From an uncultured bacterium (GTDB lineage Bacteria > Eisenbacteria > RBG-16-71-46 > CAIMUX01 > WJJG01): a stretch of 61,995 nt of DNA. The DNA is taken from contig CAZNJE010000025.1 of NCBI GenBank assembly GCA_964573295.1, forward strand, positions 1 through 61,995, given 5' to 3'. Shown here piece after piece: positions 48,513 through 57,184 of this stretch. Made by a program: the position numbers and the translations under genes. Every line of letters begins with the position of its first letter. Within the stretch, counting starts at the first letter, position 1. The notes under the pieces are model-generated. The model searched no databases, had not been told where the DNA came from, and saw only the letters and a program-made list of their open reading frames with translations.

Positions 48513-48697
48513 GCGCTGTTTCGGCCGGGCCGTGCGCTACGCGGCCGTTCGCTGTGTCCTACACCGCGCGTTGTGTACCGCGTGGTGCGCACGGCGCGTT
48601 GCATGCCACGCGCCATCGGGCGTACGCCAAGCCTTACAACCATGGAGTTGTGCTTGCGCCTCCGCGCGGTTGACTCAGTAGAGAGGGAGTCTCGTTC

Positions 48698-50050
48698 ATG
48701 AGCAGGAAACCCGATCCGATCTCGATCGCCTCCAGCATTGTCAATGTGGCTCTGCAGGCCGGCGCCGATGCAAGTGATGCTTACGTGCGAACGGCCTCGG
48801 AGCTCTCGATTCAAGTGCGCAGCGGTGAGGTCGAATCGTTGAAGCGCTCCTCCACCATGGGTCTGGGGTTGCGGGTGACGGTGGACGGTCGCACGGCCAT
48901 GGTCCACACCACTGACCTCGGCCAGATCACGCTGATGAATCTGGCCAAGCGGGCCCTGGCGATGGCGCGAACCCTTCCCGATCCTGAAGAACCCACCCTA
49001 TATGCCGAGCCGCATGAAGTCGTGCCGATGCCCATGCCTGATCCCTTGATTTCAGAGGAGGACCAGTCGGTCAAGATCGGCCGGGCGGTGGAGGTGGAGC
49101 GAGCCATGATCGACGTGCCTGGCGTCACGAACTCATCGGGCACGTCTTATGATGAGAGCACGGGACTGATCGCGCTGGTGAACTCGGAGGGCGTTTCTCT
49201 CGAATCACGCTTCTGTCACATCGGTCTGGGGGGAGAGGCCATTGCCGAGCGCGACGGCGAGAGCGCTACGGGTGGACGCCATGTGGATGTTCCCGCCCGC
49301 AAGTACCTGCCGCCGACCGAAGAAATCGGCCGGACTGCCGGCGAGCGGGCTGTGTCCTTGCTCGGTTCCCGCGCGTTGCCGTCTACCAAGGCGCCCGTGA
49401 TCTTCGATCGCCGCACCGGCTGGGCCCTGCTGCGCTACCTCGTGCCGCCCTTGTCCGGAGACAACGTGGCCTACGGCCGCTCCTACCTCGCCGATGCCGT
49501 CGGTGAGCGGATCGCCGCCGAAGGCGTCACCATTCGGGACAACGCGTGGCTGCATCAAGGCCCTGGACGCAGAGCGTTCGATGGGGAGGGCACGCCCACA
49601 CAGAACCTGGTTGTGGTAAAGGATGGCGTGCTCAAGACCTACTTCACCGACTTGCTGAGCGCCAAGCGCCTCGGCCTGGCGCCCACGGGCAGTGCCGGCC
49701 GCGATGGATACGCGTCGCGGCCATCGATCGGCACGAGCAACTTCTATCTCGAGCCCGGCACGAAGACCCGCGAACAGATCATCGGCGCGACCAAGCGCGG
49801 CTTGCTGCTTGCCAACCTCTCGGGTTGGTGGGTGGGCCTATCGCCGCTCAATGAGACCTTCTCTTCCGCCGCGATGGGGTTCTGGATCGAAGACGGCGAG
49901 ATCGCCTATCCCGTGCGCAGCATCAGTGTCGGGGGCACGACGCTCGAGATGTTGAGAGCGATCGACATGATCGGCAATGATCTCGAGTTCGTGAGCGAAA
50001 CCAGCGCACCGACCTTCCGGGTGGCGGAAATGGCTATCTCCGGAGTGTAA
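48698..50050 (+). CDS. pmbA: PmbA/TldE subunit
   Basis: TldD fold lacking HExxxH. FDGEG, TGSAGR and GFWIEDGEI.YPV present. Follows tldD. Confidence 0.88.
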   Translation: MSRKPDPISIASSIVNVALQAGADASDAYVRTASELSIQVRSGEVESLKRSSTMGLGLRVTVDGRTAMVHTTDLGQITLMNLAKRALAMARTLPDPEEPTLYAEPHEVVPMPMPDPLISEEDQSVKIGRAVEVERAMIDVPGVTNSSGTSYDESTGLIALVNSEGVSLESRFCHIGLGGEAIAERDGESATGGRHVDVPARKYLPPTEEIGRTAGERAVSLLGSRALPSTKAPVIFDRRTGWALLRYLVPPLSGDNVAYGRSYLADAVGERIAAEGVTIRDNAWLHQGPGRRAFDGEGTPTQNLVVVKDGVLKTYFTDLLSAKRLGLAPTGSAGRDGYASRPSIGTSNFYLEPGTKTREQIIGATKRGLLLANLSGWWVGLSPLNETFSSAAMGFWIEDGEIAYPVRSISVGGTTLEMLRAIDMIGNDLEFVSETSAPTFRVAEMAISGV

Positions 50051-50256
50051 GCCGAGGCCGCGGATGCCGGTGGGTGAAGGATGCTGGTGAGGCTGCCATC
50101 ACGTCCGACATCCGCGGCTGAGTCGCCGGCCATAGTCGCCGGTTTGATCACCGGCCTGGTCGCCGGCCTGAGTCGCCGGCTTGATCACCGGCTCGGTCCC
50201 CGGCTTGGTCCCCGGCTTGATCACTGCTCGACACGACGGGGAAATCTCGAACCGGA

Positions 50257-51444
50257 CTACTGCGTCAGGACTACTCGGCGGGTCTCAGATCCCGCGCTTG
50301 TGCTGAGCTGGAAGAAGTAGGTGCCGGACGGAACCCGGCGGCCAGAGTGATCCAATCCGTCCCAGCGGAGCTCGTAGTCTCCCGCGCTCTGAATCTCATC
50401 GACCAATACGTTCAGTACGCGTCCGCTAGCGTCGTAGACGCGCAGCCGGACCTCATCCCCGACCGGTAGACGATACCGCAGCGCGGCGCCGTCGCCGGAG
50501 GGATTGGTCACGCCCAAACCCAGGCGGAACTCGCTGGCGGAGTAAGGATCACCGGCGTCAGAGGGCGTCGTGCCATCAACCCGAATCACATTGACGATGA
50601 AGCGGCCGTTGCCCATGGCCAAGTCGGTATCGGACATGTTCAAACCCAGCAACAGCTCATCGCCCTCGTCGGCGGGCTGCGCGTTCCAGGTGCCGCCGTC
50701 ACCGATGTTGAAGGCGCTGGTGAGCGTCGGATTGAAGCTCCCGACGAGTGACCCGTACGGAGCCCGCGGCACGGGCTGACCGGCGCGGAAGAAGAAGGGC
50801 TGGCCCTGGGGGCCAAACCACTCGCCGGTGTATGGGACTTCCGACAACACGCGGAAGGCGCCATAGGGCAGGACCAGGAAGCGGTCGTCGGTGGACTCGG
50901 TGAGAAGACCGGTAGGTACCGGCTGGGTCACCGAGTTGTCGATCACGACCCGAGCGTAGTCGACCTCTTCCGGTGAGAAGAGCACGATGGTAACGACTGC
51001 ACTACCCTCCAGATTGGCGAGATTGGCGTCGCTCATGTTCAAGCCCACGCGGAGTTCCTGTCCTACGTGCGCGGGCTGGATGTCGATCTCGCCCGAGACG
51101 CCCAGGAAAGAGGCGTTGGTTAGACTCGAGCTGAAGTCGCCGAGCAAGGCGCCAAACTGCATGTCGCTCACCGGCTGGTTGGCGGTGCGCAAGCGGGTTT
51201 CCCCATTCGGGTTCATCCACCCTTCGGTGTAGGGCGGAGACTGCCCGGAGCGATAGGCGCCCTCCGCATAGAAGACGCAGTGCTCGGTCGATGCGGAAGG
51301 GACGATGCCGGTCCCGACCGGCTGGGTGGTGGAAGCGTCGATGACGACCGTGATCGCCTCGACTGCCTGCGACGAAGGAGTTGGGACGGTCATCAGGACA
51401 ATGCCGGCGGCGGCCATGAATGCGAGGAGCTTCTTGCAAGACAT
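50257..51444 (-). CDS. secreted protein, two LecA/PA-IL-like repeats + FlgD-Ig C-terminus
   Basis: Signal peptide. Internal duplication (TQPV.TG..GA.R..PYT..W..P.G..QPV....G.L.G.F..EL..GLNMSD). WDGLDHSG..PSGTYFFQL. Confidence 0.78.
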   Translation of the reverse strand: MSCKKLLAFMAAAGIVLMTVPTPSSQAVEAITVVIDASTTQPVGTGIVPSASTEHCVFYAEGAYRSGQSPPYTEGWMNPNGETRLRTANQPVSDMQFGALLGDFSSSLTNASFLGVSGEIDIQPAHVGQELRVGLNMSDANLANLEGSAVVTIVLFSPEEVDYARVVIDNSVTQPVPTGLLTESTDDRFLVLPYGAFRVLSEVPYTGEWFGPQGQPFFFRAGQPVPRAPYGSLVGSFNPTLTSAFNIGDGGTWNAQPADEGDELLLGLNMSDTDLAMGNGRFIVNVIRVDGTTPSDAGDPYSASEFRLGLGVTNPSGDGAALRYRLPVGDEVRLRVYDASGRVLNVLVDEIQSAGDYELRWDGLDHSGRRVPSGTYFFQLSTSAGSETRRVVLTQ

Positions 51445-51739
51445 GCTGCGAATTCCTTTCTGGCTTGTTGCGCTTGTTGCGCTGAGCGACGCTCAGCGGA
51501 TTCTGTCTTCTTGTTGGGTCACATCGAATCAGGCCATGCCGGAAGCATGGCGTGTGAGCAGTCCGGACTAAGCAATGCTTCTCCCCCGCCGGGGCGGGGT
51601 CGTCAACGGTCCTTGAATGTCTACAATAACACTAGACTACTTGCGAACGCACGGAAAATCGGGGCGGGCAAGAAGATGCAATTGAGTTGGCAAGCCCGGG
51701 GCAGGCAATACTCAGTGGCGGCGATACTCAGTGGCCGGG

Positions 51740-52930
51740 TTAGCGGGCTCCGCTGGCGCCCCGGGGACCAAACAGGATGACCAAGTGCTCGTCCACGACA
51801 CGAGCCCGTTCGATCGAACGCTCATGCAATACCCTTGGGAGCTCGAGGTTGCGACGGTGAGTGCCCACCGCAATGGCAAGTTCCGGTCCTTTTTGAAGCA
51901 GACGGATATCCTCACGCTTCACATTGGGCAATGCGAGGGTAAGCTGGACGCGACCGCCTTCGGCTTCCTCCAGCGAAAAGACTCTTCCCTTGTAGAGACG
52001 AGTGTCGGGAGCTTGATCCCCGTACAGGCTGCTCGCCATCTCCCGCAGCCGCTCGAGGCCCATGACCTCGGAGGGGAAGAACGGCACTTGCAGGATGGGA
52101 ACCGGCGCAAACGAACGCTCGATGAGGTCTCGGTTGCGATCCTGTGCGTCCCGCATCGGCGCGAAGTAGCCCGTTCGGAGTTCGGCCGGCAACACGCGAT
52201 TGAGGATGACCGCGTCCACCGAATAGCCGAAGAGATTGAGATAGGTGTAGGCGCGTAGAGTCTCCTTGATCACGACCGTCTCGGGATTCAGGACCACCCG
52301 CACCGACGTGATCGAAGGATCCGTAAAGGTGGTGTGAATGGCAACGAGCTGCTCGAAAAGCTCGGCCGCCGCGTCGTAGGTTTCTTCCCGGGGGACGGGA
52401 ATGTCGGTCATGGTGGAGACCGCCGGTCGCAACAACCTGGCCACCTTGCGCTGGATGGGGAAGAGCTTCTCCATCCACCAGCGTCCGACCTCGGGCAGAG
52501 AGAGCAACCGTAACGTTTCACCGGTGGGGGCCGAGTCGATCACGATCAGGTCGTACTGTCCATGATGGAAGTGCTGATAAACCCACAGGAAGCTGGCCAC
52601 TTCTTCCATCCCCGGCAGAATACTCAGTTCATCGGCGAAGATCTCGTCCACGCCCCGCCAGCGAAACAGCGTCCGAACGTAGTCCTGCAGCTTTCCCCAG
52701 TGACGTTCCACCGAGTAGTAGACATCGATCTCCTGTCCATCGAGATTCTCGGCCAGCGCCGTGGGCTCAGGCCCCAGTTGACGGTCGAACACGTCGGCCA
52801 GGCTGTGAGCGGCGTCGGTCGAGATGACCAGGGTTCGCTTGCCTTGATCTGCAGCACGCAACGCGGTGGCGGCGGCAACCGAGGTCTTGCCGACACCGCC
52901 CTTGCCAGTGAGGAGTAGGATGCGGGACAC
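51740..52930 (-). CDS. ArsA/Get3-family ATPase with C-terminal HSP20-like domain
   Basis: GKGGVGKT, STDAAHSL, PGMEE, DSAPTG.TLRLL and a C-terminal beta-sandwich. Confidence 0.9.
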   Translation of the reverse strand: MSRILLLTGKGGVGKTSVAAATALRAADQGKRTLVISTDAAHSLADVFDRQLGPEPTALAENLDGQEIDVYYSVERHWGKLQDYVRTLFRWRGVDEIFADELSILPGMEEVASFLWVYQHFHHGQYDLIVIDSAPTGETLRLLSLPEVGRWWMEKLFPIQRKVARLLRPAVSTMTDIPVPREETYDAAAELFEQLVAIHTTFTDPSITSVRVVLNPETVVIKETLRAYTYLNLFGYSVDAVILNRVLPAELRTGYFAPMRDAQDRNRDLIERSFAPVPILQVPFFPSEVMGLERLREMASSLYGDQAPDTRLYKGRVFSLEEAEGGRVQLTLALPNVKREDIRLLQKGPELAIAVGTHRRNLELPRVLHERSIERARVVDEHLVILFGPRGASGAR

Positions 52931-53051
52931 GCGAGAAGTCTCCTCTGATGAAAGTCTGATGAAAGCCCATGTGATGCAAGACCATGTCCGGTCACGTCCG
53001 CCCGCTATGCGATTCCGGTCATCACCGTGCGATTCCGATCCTCACCAGTGA

Positions 53052-53417
53052 TCACTCGACCTCGATCTTGCGCGCCGCCGGCTTGTGCTCATCCTCTTCT
53101 AGGCTCTCTATGCCTACATCCAGGAGACTTCGCACGGCCAGGAGTGCCTCGCGCACAGATCCGCGGGCATGCTCGGAGAATCCTACGGGTACACAGCCCC
53201 GCATCTCCTGGGCGAATGCATCGGTTGCTAGCATGAGATGCTCGGCCCAACGAGGCGTGGCGCCTCGGTGGGATCCCCTCCGGTCGGATCCTCTCCGGTC
53301 GGATCCCCGCCTTCGGGTCTGCTCTTCGCGGACCTCGGAGGACTGGGATTCGTGCTCGTGAGAGCCATGCGGACGATCGGGACGACCAGGACGATCAGAT
53401 GGAGTCGGCGTTTCCAT
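53052..53417 (-). CDS. small helical protein ending ARKIEVE
   Basis: GAGGAG RBS, EALLAVRSLLD helix, (RRGSD)n from a 15-bp repeat. Upstream of the ArsA-like gene. Confidence 0.7.
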   Translation of the reverse strand: METPTPSDRPGRPDRPHGSHEHESQSSEVREEQTRRRGSDRRGSDRRGSHRGATPRWAEHLMLATDAFAQEMRGCVPVGFSEHARGSVREALLAVRSLLDVGIESLEEDEHKPAARKIEVE

Positions 53418-53446
53418 GTTAAGATCTCCTCGTTAAGATCTCCTCG
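53418..53446. repeat. 14-bp duplication of the RBS region
   Basis: GTTAAGATCTCCTC x2. Confidence 0.9.
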
Positions 53447-53549
53447 CTATGGATTGCGGGTTGATGTCGGCCAGACCAAGTACTCCGCCGCCAGTCCAGT
53501 GTGCTGCTGGTCGGAGAAGGAACCGGGCAACAGGAAAGCACCTCATTCG

Positions 53550-53609
53550 CACATGCCCGTATGCCACATGCCCGTATGCCACATGTCCCTATGCCACATT
53601 CCCCTATGC
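53550..53609. repeat. 15-bp tandem repeat x4 (CACATGCCCGTATGC)
   Basis: Intergenic. Confidence 0.9.
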
Positions 53610-54035
53610 CCACAGGTCCACCACCTACCAGCTTCCAACTAATGTACCCGACAGAGGCGAGGATACTCCAGCCCCGGCTCGGCAGGGGCGCCGCGGGCCG
53701 CACCTCCGCCTGACGAAGGGCATTGCTACGTGTGTATCACTAGGTGGGGAGATTGGTCCCGTCGGGCGCACAAATCGGTCCCATCGGCCGGGGAGCCGAT
53801 CGAGAGCATTGAGGCTTGCATCGAGGTTCGAGCTATCTGCACAATACGGCAAGATTTGGGGGATTCCCCCACCGAGAATGCGTTGACCGCCCCAGCGGAA
53901 GCTGGGGAAAATGGAACCAAGTGGGGGTGCGTTTGTGCGTGCGTCGCGTATCTCCCGGCGAGCAGATCAACAACGGCCGGCGCTATTCAAAGCCGCACCA
54001 GTGCTTCATCTTGCTTCCGAAGGAGGTCACCGGGC

Positions 54036-55535
54036 ATGCCACAATCTACTCCTCGTAGAGATGCAGTCCCCACCGGCGTTCCAGGTCTCGACATCATTCT
54101 TCGAGGCGGCCTCCTTCCGGGTCGCATCTACCTGATCGAAGGCGCGCCTGGGACTGGGAAGACGACGATGTCCATTCAGTATCTCCAGGAAGGCCGTCGG
54201 CGAGGCGAACGCGCCCTCTATGTTTCGCTCCTGCAAACGGAGGAGGAGCTCAATGTCGTGCTGCACTCACACGGATGGACCATCAATGGCATCGAGATGT
54301 TCGATCTCCCGGCCCGGGCCAAGAAACATCTGACATCCTCGCAGACCCTCTTCAGCCCCGCGGACATCGAGCTCACCGAGGCCATCGACTCCATCCTGAC
54401 CGCCATTAGAGAATACAAACCGCAGCGGCTCGTGCTTGATTCGCTCTCGGAGTTGTCACTTCTGCTCGAAACGCCCTATCAGCTTCGCCAGCAGCTCGTG
54501 CGCCTCAAGCATGGGCTGGATGCGTCCGGATGCACGGCGCTGCTGACCGCCAGCGAAGGCCGGCAGCAGGAGATGAGCGCCGTTGAGACGATGGCCCACG
54601 GCGCGCTGCATCTCGAATCGGAAACTCCCTACTACGGCCGTCCCCTCAGGAGGCTCGAAGTCATCAAGATGAGAGGCCTGGCCTTCGCAGGTGGCAAGCA
54701 CGACTTCCAGATCCACCGCGGCGGGCTGGAGGTGTATCCCCGCACGGAGAACGTCCCGGCGTCGGCGCGGACTTCCTGGAGTCAGATCCAGAGCGGAAAC
54801 GCACAGCTCGATACCATGTTGGGCGGAGGTCTGGAGGAGGGCACGACCTGCTTGATCAGCGGCTCGAGTGGGGCCGGCAAGAGCACGTTGGCCAGCTTGT
54901 ATGTGCACGCCATGGCCCGGGCCGGTAAACATTCTTGCGTCTACTGTTTCGACGAGCGCAAGGACACGTTTCTGAAGCGGTCCGCCAATTTCGGGCTCGA
55001 CATGGAGCCCTATATCGCAAACGGTTTGATTGATCTGCAGCAGATCGAGGTAGGTGACGTTTCTCCGGGTGAGTTCCTCTACGACATCCGGCGATCCGTG
55101 GACATCGGAAAAGCGAAGGGTATCGTCATCGACAGCATCAACGGCTTCTTCAACGCCATGCCCGGCCGCCGCGAGCTGGACTTACAGCTGCACGACCTGT
55201 TGGTGTATCTGAACGGCGCTGGGGTGTTGTCGTTGCTGATCACGACTGTCGTCAACGTGTTTCGCGACGGCAGCCAGGACCTGGTGGATGCCAGCTATCT
55301 TGCCGACTGCGTCGTGCTGATGCGTCATTTCGAAGCCGGCGGCCGGTTGCACCGGTGCATCTCGGTTGTCAAGAAACGCCACGGTGATCACGAGACGGCG
55401 ATTCGGGAGATTCACAGCGGCGCTGGTGGGATCGAGGTCGGCCCACCGCTCGAACAGTTCAGTGGCGTTCTGACGGGGACGCCGGTTTACAGTGGACCAC
55501 GAAGCCAATTGCTCCCTGAAAGCGGGGGCGAGTGA
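54036..55535 (+). CDS. double-domain KaiC-like ATPase
   Basis: Walker A motifs GAPGTGKT and GSSGAGKS, DSLS/DSIN, KMRG/KKRH, ASYLAD. AAGGAGG RBS. Confidence 0.9.
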   Translation: MPQSTPRRDAVPTGVPGLDIILRGGLLPGRIYLIEGAPGTGKTTMSIQYLQEGRRRGERALYVSLLQTEEELNVVLHSHGWTINGIEMFDLPARAKKHLTSSQTLFSPADIELTEAIDSILTAIREYKPQRLVLDSLSELSLLLETPYQLRQQLVRLKHGLDASGCTALLTASEGRQQEMSAVETMAHGALHLESETPYYGRPLRRLEVIKMRGLAFAGGKHDFQIHRGGLEVYPRTENVPASARTSWSQIQSGNAQLDTMLGGGLEEGTTCLISGSSGAGKSTLASLYVHAMARAGKHSCVYCFDERKDTFLKRSANFGLDMEPYIANGLIDLQQIEVGDVSPGEFLYDIRRSVDIGKAKGIVIDSINGFFNAMPGRRELDLQLHDLLVYLNGAGVLSLLITTVVNVFRDGSQDLVDASYLADCVVLMRHFEAGGRLHRCISVVKKRHGDHETAIREIHSGAGGIEVGPPLEQFSGVLTGTPVYSGPRSQLLPESGGE

Positions 55536-57184
55536 TGGCCGTATCGAACCCTTCGCCGACCGCCGACGGGAATCGATTGCGGCATGAACCGGTTCTGATT
55601 CTGGCGCCCCAGGGACGTGATGCGGAGTTGGCCTGCCAGCTCATCGAGCAGGCCGGCGAGAGAGGGATCCGTTGCCGCGACACGGATGATCTCATGCACC
55701 GTATTACAGCCGGGTCTGGGCCGGCGGTGATCGCCGAGGAGGCTCTCACGAACCAGACGGCTGAAGAACTCTGCGGCCTGCTGGAGGTCCAGCCGAGCTG
55801 GTCGGATCTGCCATTGGTGGTGTTCATCCGGCGTTCGTTCACGTCTTCTGCCGTCCAGAGGCTGGCGCGACGACGGAACACGACACTGCTCAAGCGGCCG
55901 ATTCAGGTTCCTTCCTTCTTGACTCTCATTCGCTCGGTGGTCCAATCGCGCGAGCGCCAGTATGAAGTGCGCCGCTTGCTGCAAAGCCTGCGCCAACTCA
56001 ATGCGCGTCTTGACCGCCGTGCTTCGCAGCTTCAACGGCTGGTTGCCGAGTTATCGAACGCCGAGGAGCGCGAGCGCATCCGTCTGGCGCAGGTCTTGCA
56101 TGACGATCTGCAGCAGATTCTCGTGGGGGCCAAGTTCGGTCTCAGCTCGCTGAATACCGTTTGCAGAGACTGCCCACAGGACGAGGCGCGCATCGAAGAG
56201 CAGACCCTGGCTGTGCAACGGCTACTCGACCGAGCGATTGAAACGTCGCGTTCGCTATCGCATGAGTTGAGCCCATCGGTCTTGCACCAGGAAGGGCTCG
56301 TACCGGCGCTGAGCTGGCTGAGCGACATCATGCGGTCACGCTATGGATTGCAGGTGGATATCGAGGTCTCCGGTACGGCGCTCAACTGCGGTGAGACCCT
56401 GCGAATGCTTCTCTTCCGAATCGCGCAGGAGCTGCTATTCAATGTGGTCAAGCACGCGGATGTTCATGAGGCACGGTTGCACATGGCGATGAAACAACAG
56501 CACGTGCGACTCGAAGTGCAGGATCACGGATGCGGATTTGATTACGAGGAGTACGCGCAGAAGAGCAGCACGCCCGGTTTGGGGTTGCTGAGCATCGAGG
56601 AGCGTGTGGCGATCCTCGGTGGTCAGGTCGACATCGACAGCCGCATTGATGAGGGGACCCTGGTTCGGGTCACTGTGCCAATGGTGCTGTCCGCCCCAGC
56701 CCGCGTGCCGTCTGAGGTTGCGTCCGAGCCGGCGGGTGCAGAGGGGGCTAACCGGAAAGCGGTCACGAACCGGATGCTGGGTCGGCGGGAATCCCGACGT
56801 CCGGTCACGGTCTTGCTGGCCGACGACCACCGGGTGGTGCGGCAAGGCCTGCGCGCTCTTCTAGATGACTACCCAGACATCGAGGTGCTGGGGGAAGCAC
56901 AGGATGGGCTTCTGGCGGTACAGCAGGCATCCGAGATCAGACCGGATGTCGTGATCATGGACCTGGCCATGCCCCAGATCGATGGAATCGAGGCGACCCG
57001 GCGGATCAAGGCTCGATTCCCCCGCATTCGGGTGATTGGGCTCTCGATGTTCGAGGCCCCCGAGAGTCGGCGGCGGATGCTGGCCGCGGGTGCGGATGCC
57101 TATCTCCTCAAGTCGGGGCCCATTCAGGAACTGGTGGCCAAGGTGCGAGGACGGGAAAACGGCTCGGAAGACGACCACGCCTAA
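55532..57184 (+). CDS. hybrid histidine kinase (degenerate REC + HisKA_3 + HATPase + REC)
   Basis: LAPQGRDAEL, EERER.RLA..LHDDLQQ, QELLFNVVKHA, DHGCGF, GLGL, and LLADDH..DLAMP. GTGA overlap with the kaiC-like gene. Confidence 0.9.
   Translation: MMAVSNPSPTADGNRLRHEPVLILAPQGRDAELACQLIEQAGERGIRCRDTDDLMHRITAGSGPAVIAEEALTNQTAEELCGLLEVQPSWSDLPLVVFIRRSFTSSAVQRLARRRNTTLLKRPIQVPSFLTLIRSVVQSRERQYEVRRLLQSLRQLNARLDRRASQLQRLVAELSNAEERERIRLAQVLHDDLQQILVGAKFGLSSLNTVCRDCPQDEARIEEQTLAVQRLLDRAIETSRSLSHELSPSVLHQEGLVPALSWLSDIMRSRYGLQVDIEVSGTALNCGETLRMLLFRIAQELLFNVVKHADVHEARLHMAMKQQHVRLEVQDHGCGFDYEEYAQKSSTPGLGLLSIEERVAILGGQVDIDSRIDEGTLVRVTVPMVLSAPARVPSEVASEPAGAEGANRKAVTNRMLGRRESRRPVTVLLADDHRVVRQGLRALLDDYPDIEVLGEAQDGLLAVQQASEIRPDVVIMDLAMPQIDGIEATRRIKARFPRIRVIGLSMFEAPESRRRMLAAGADAYLLKSGPIQELVAKVRGRENGSEDDHA

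Noticed and set aside
54036-55535. Circadian clock kaiC
   Set aside because: No kaiA/kaiB nearby, the S-T phosphosites are not conserved, and the gene is coupled to a histidine kinase.
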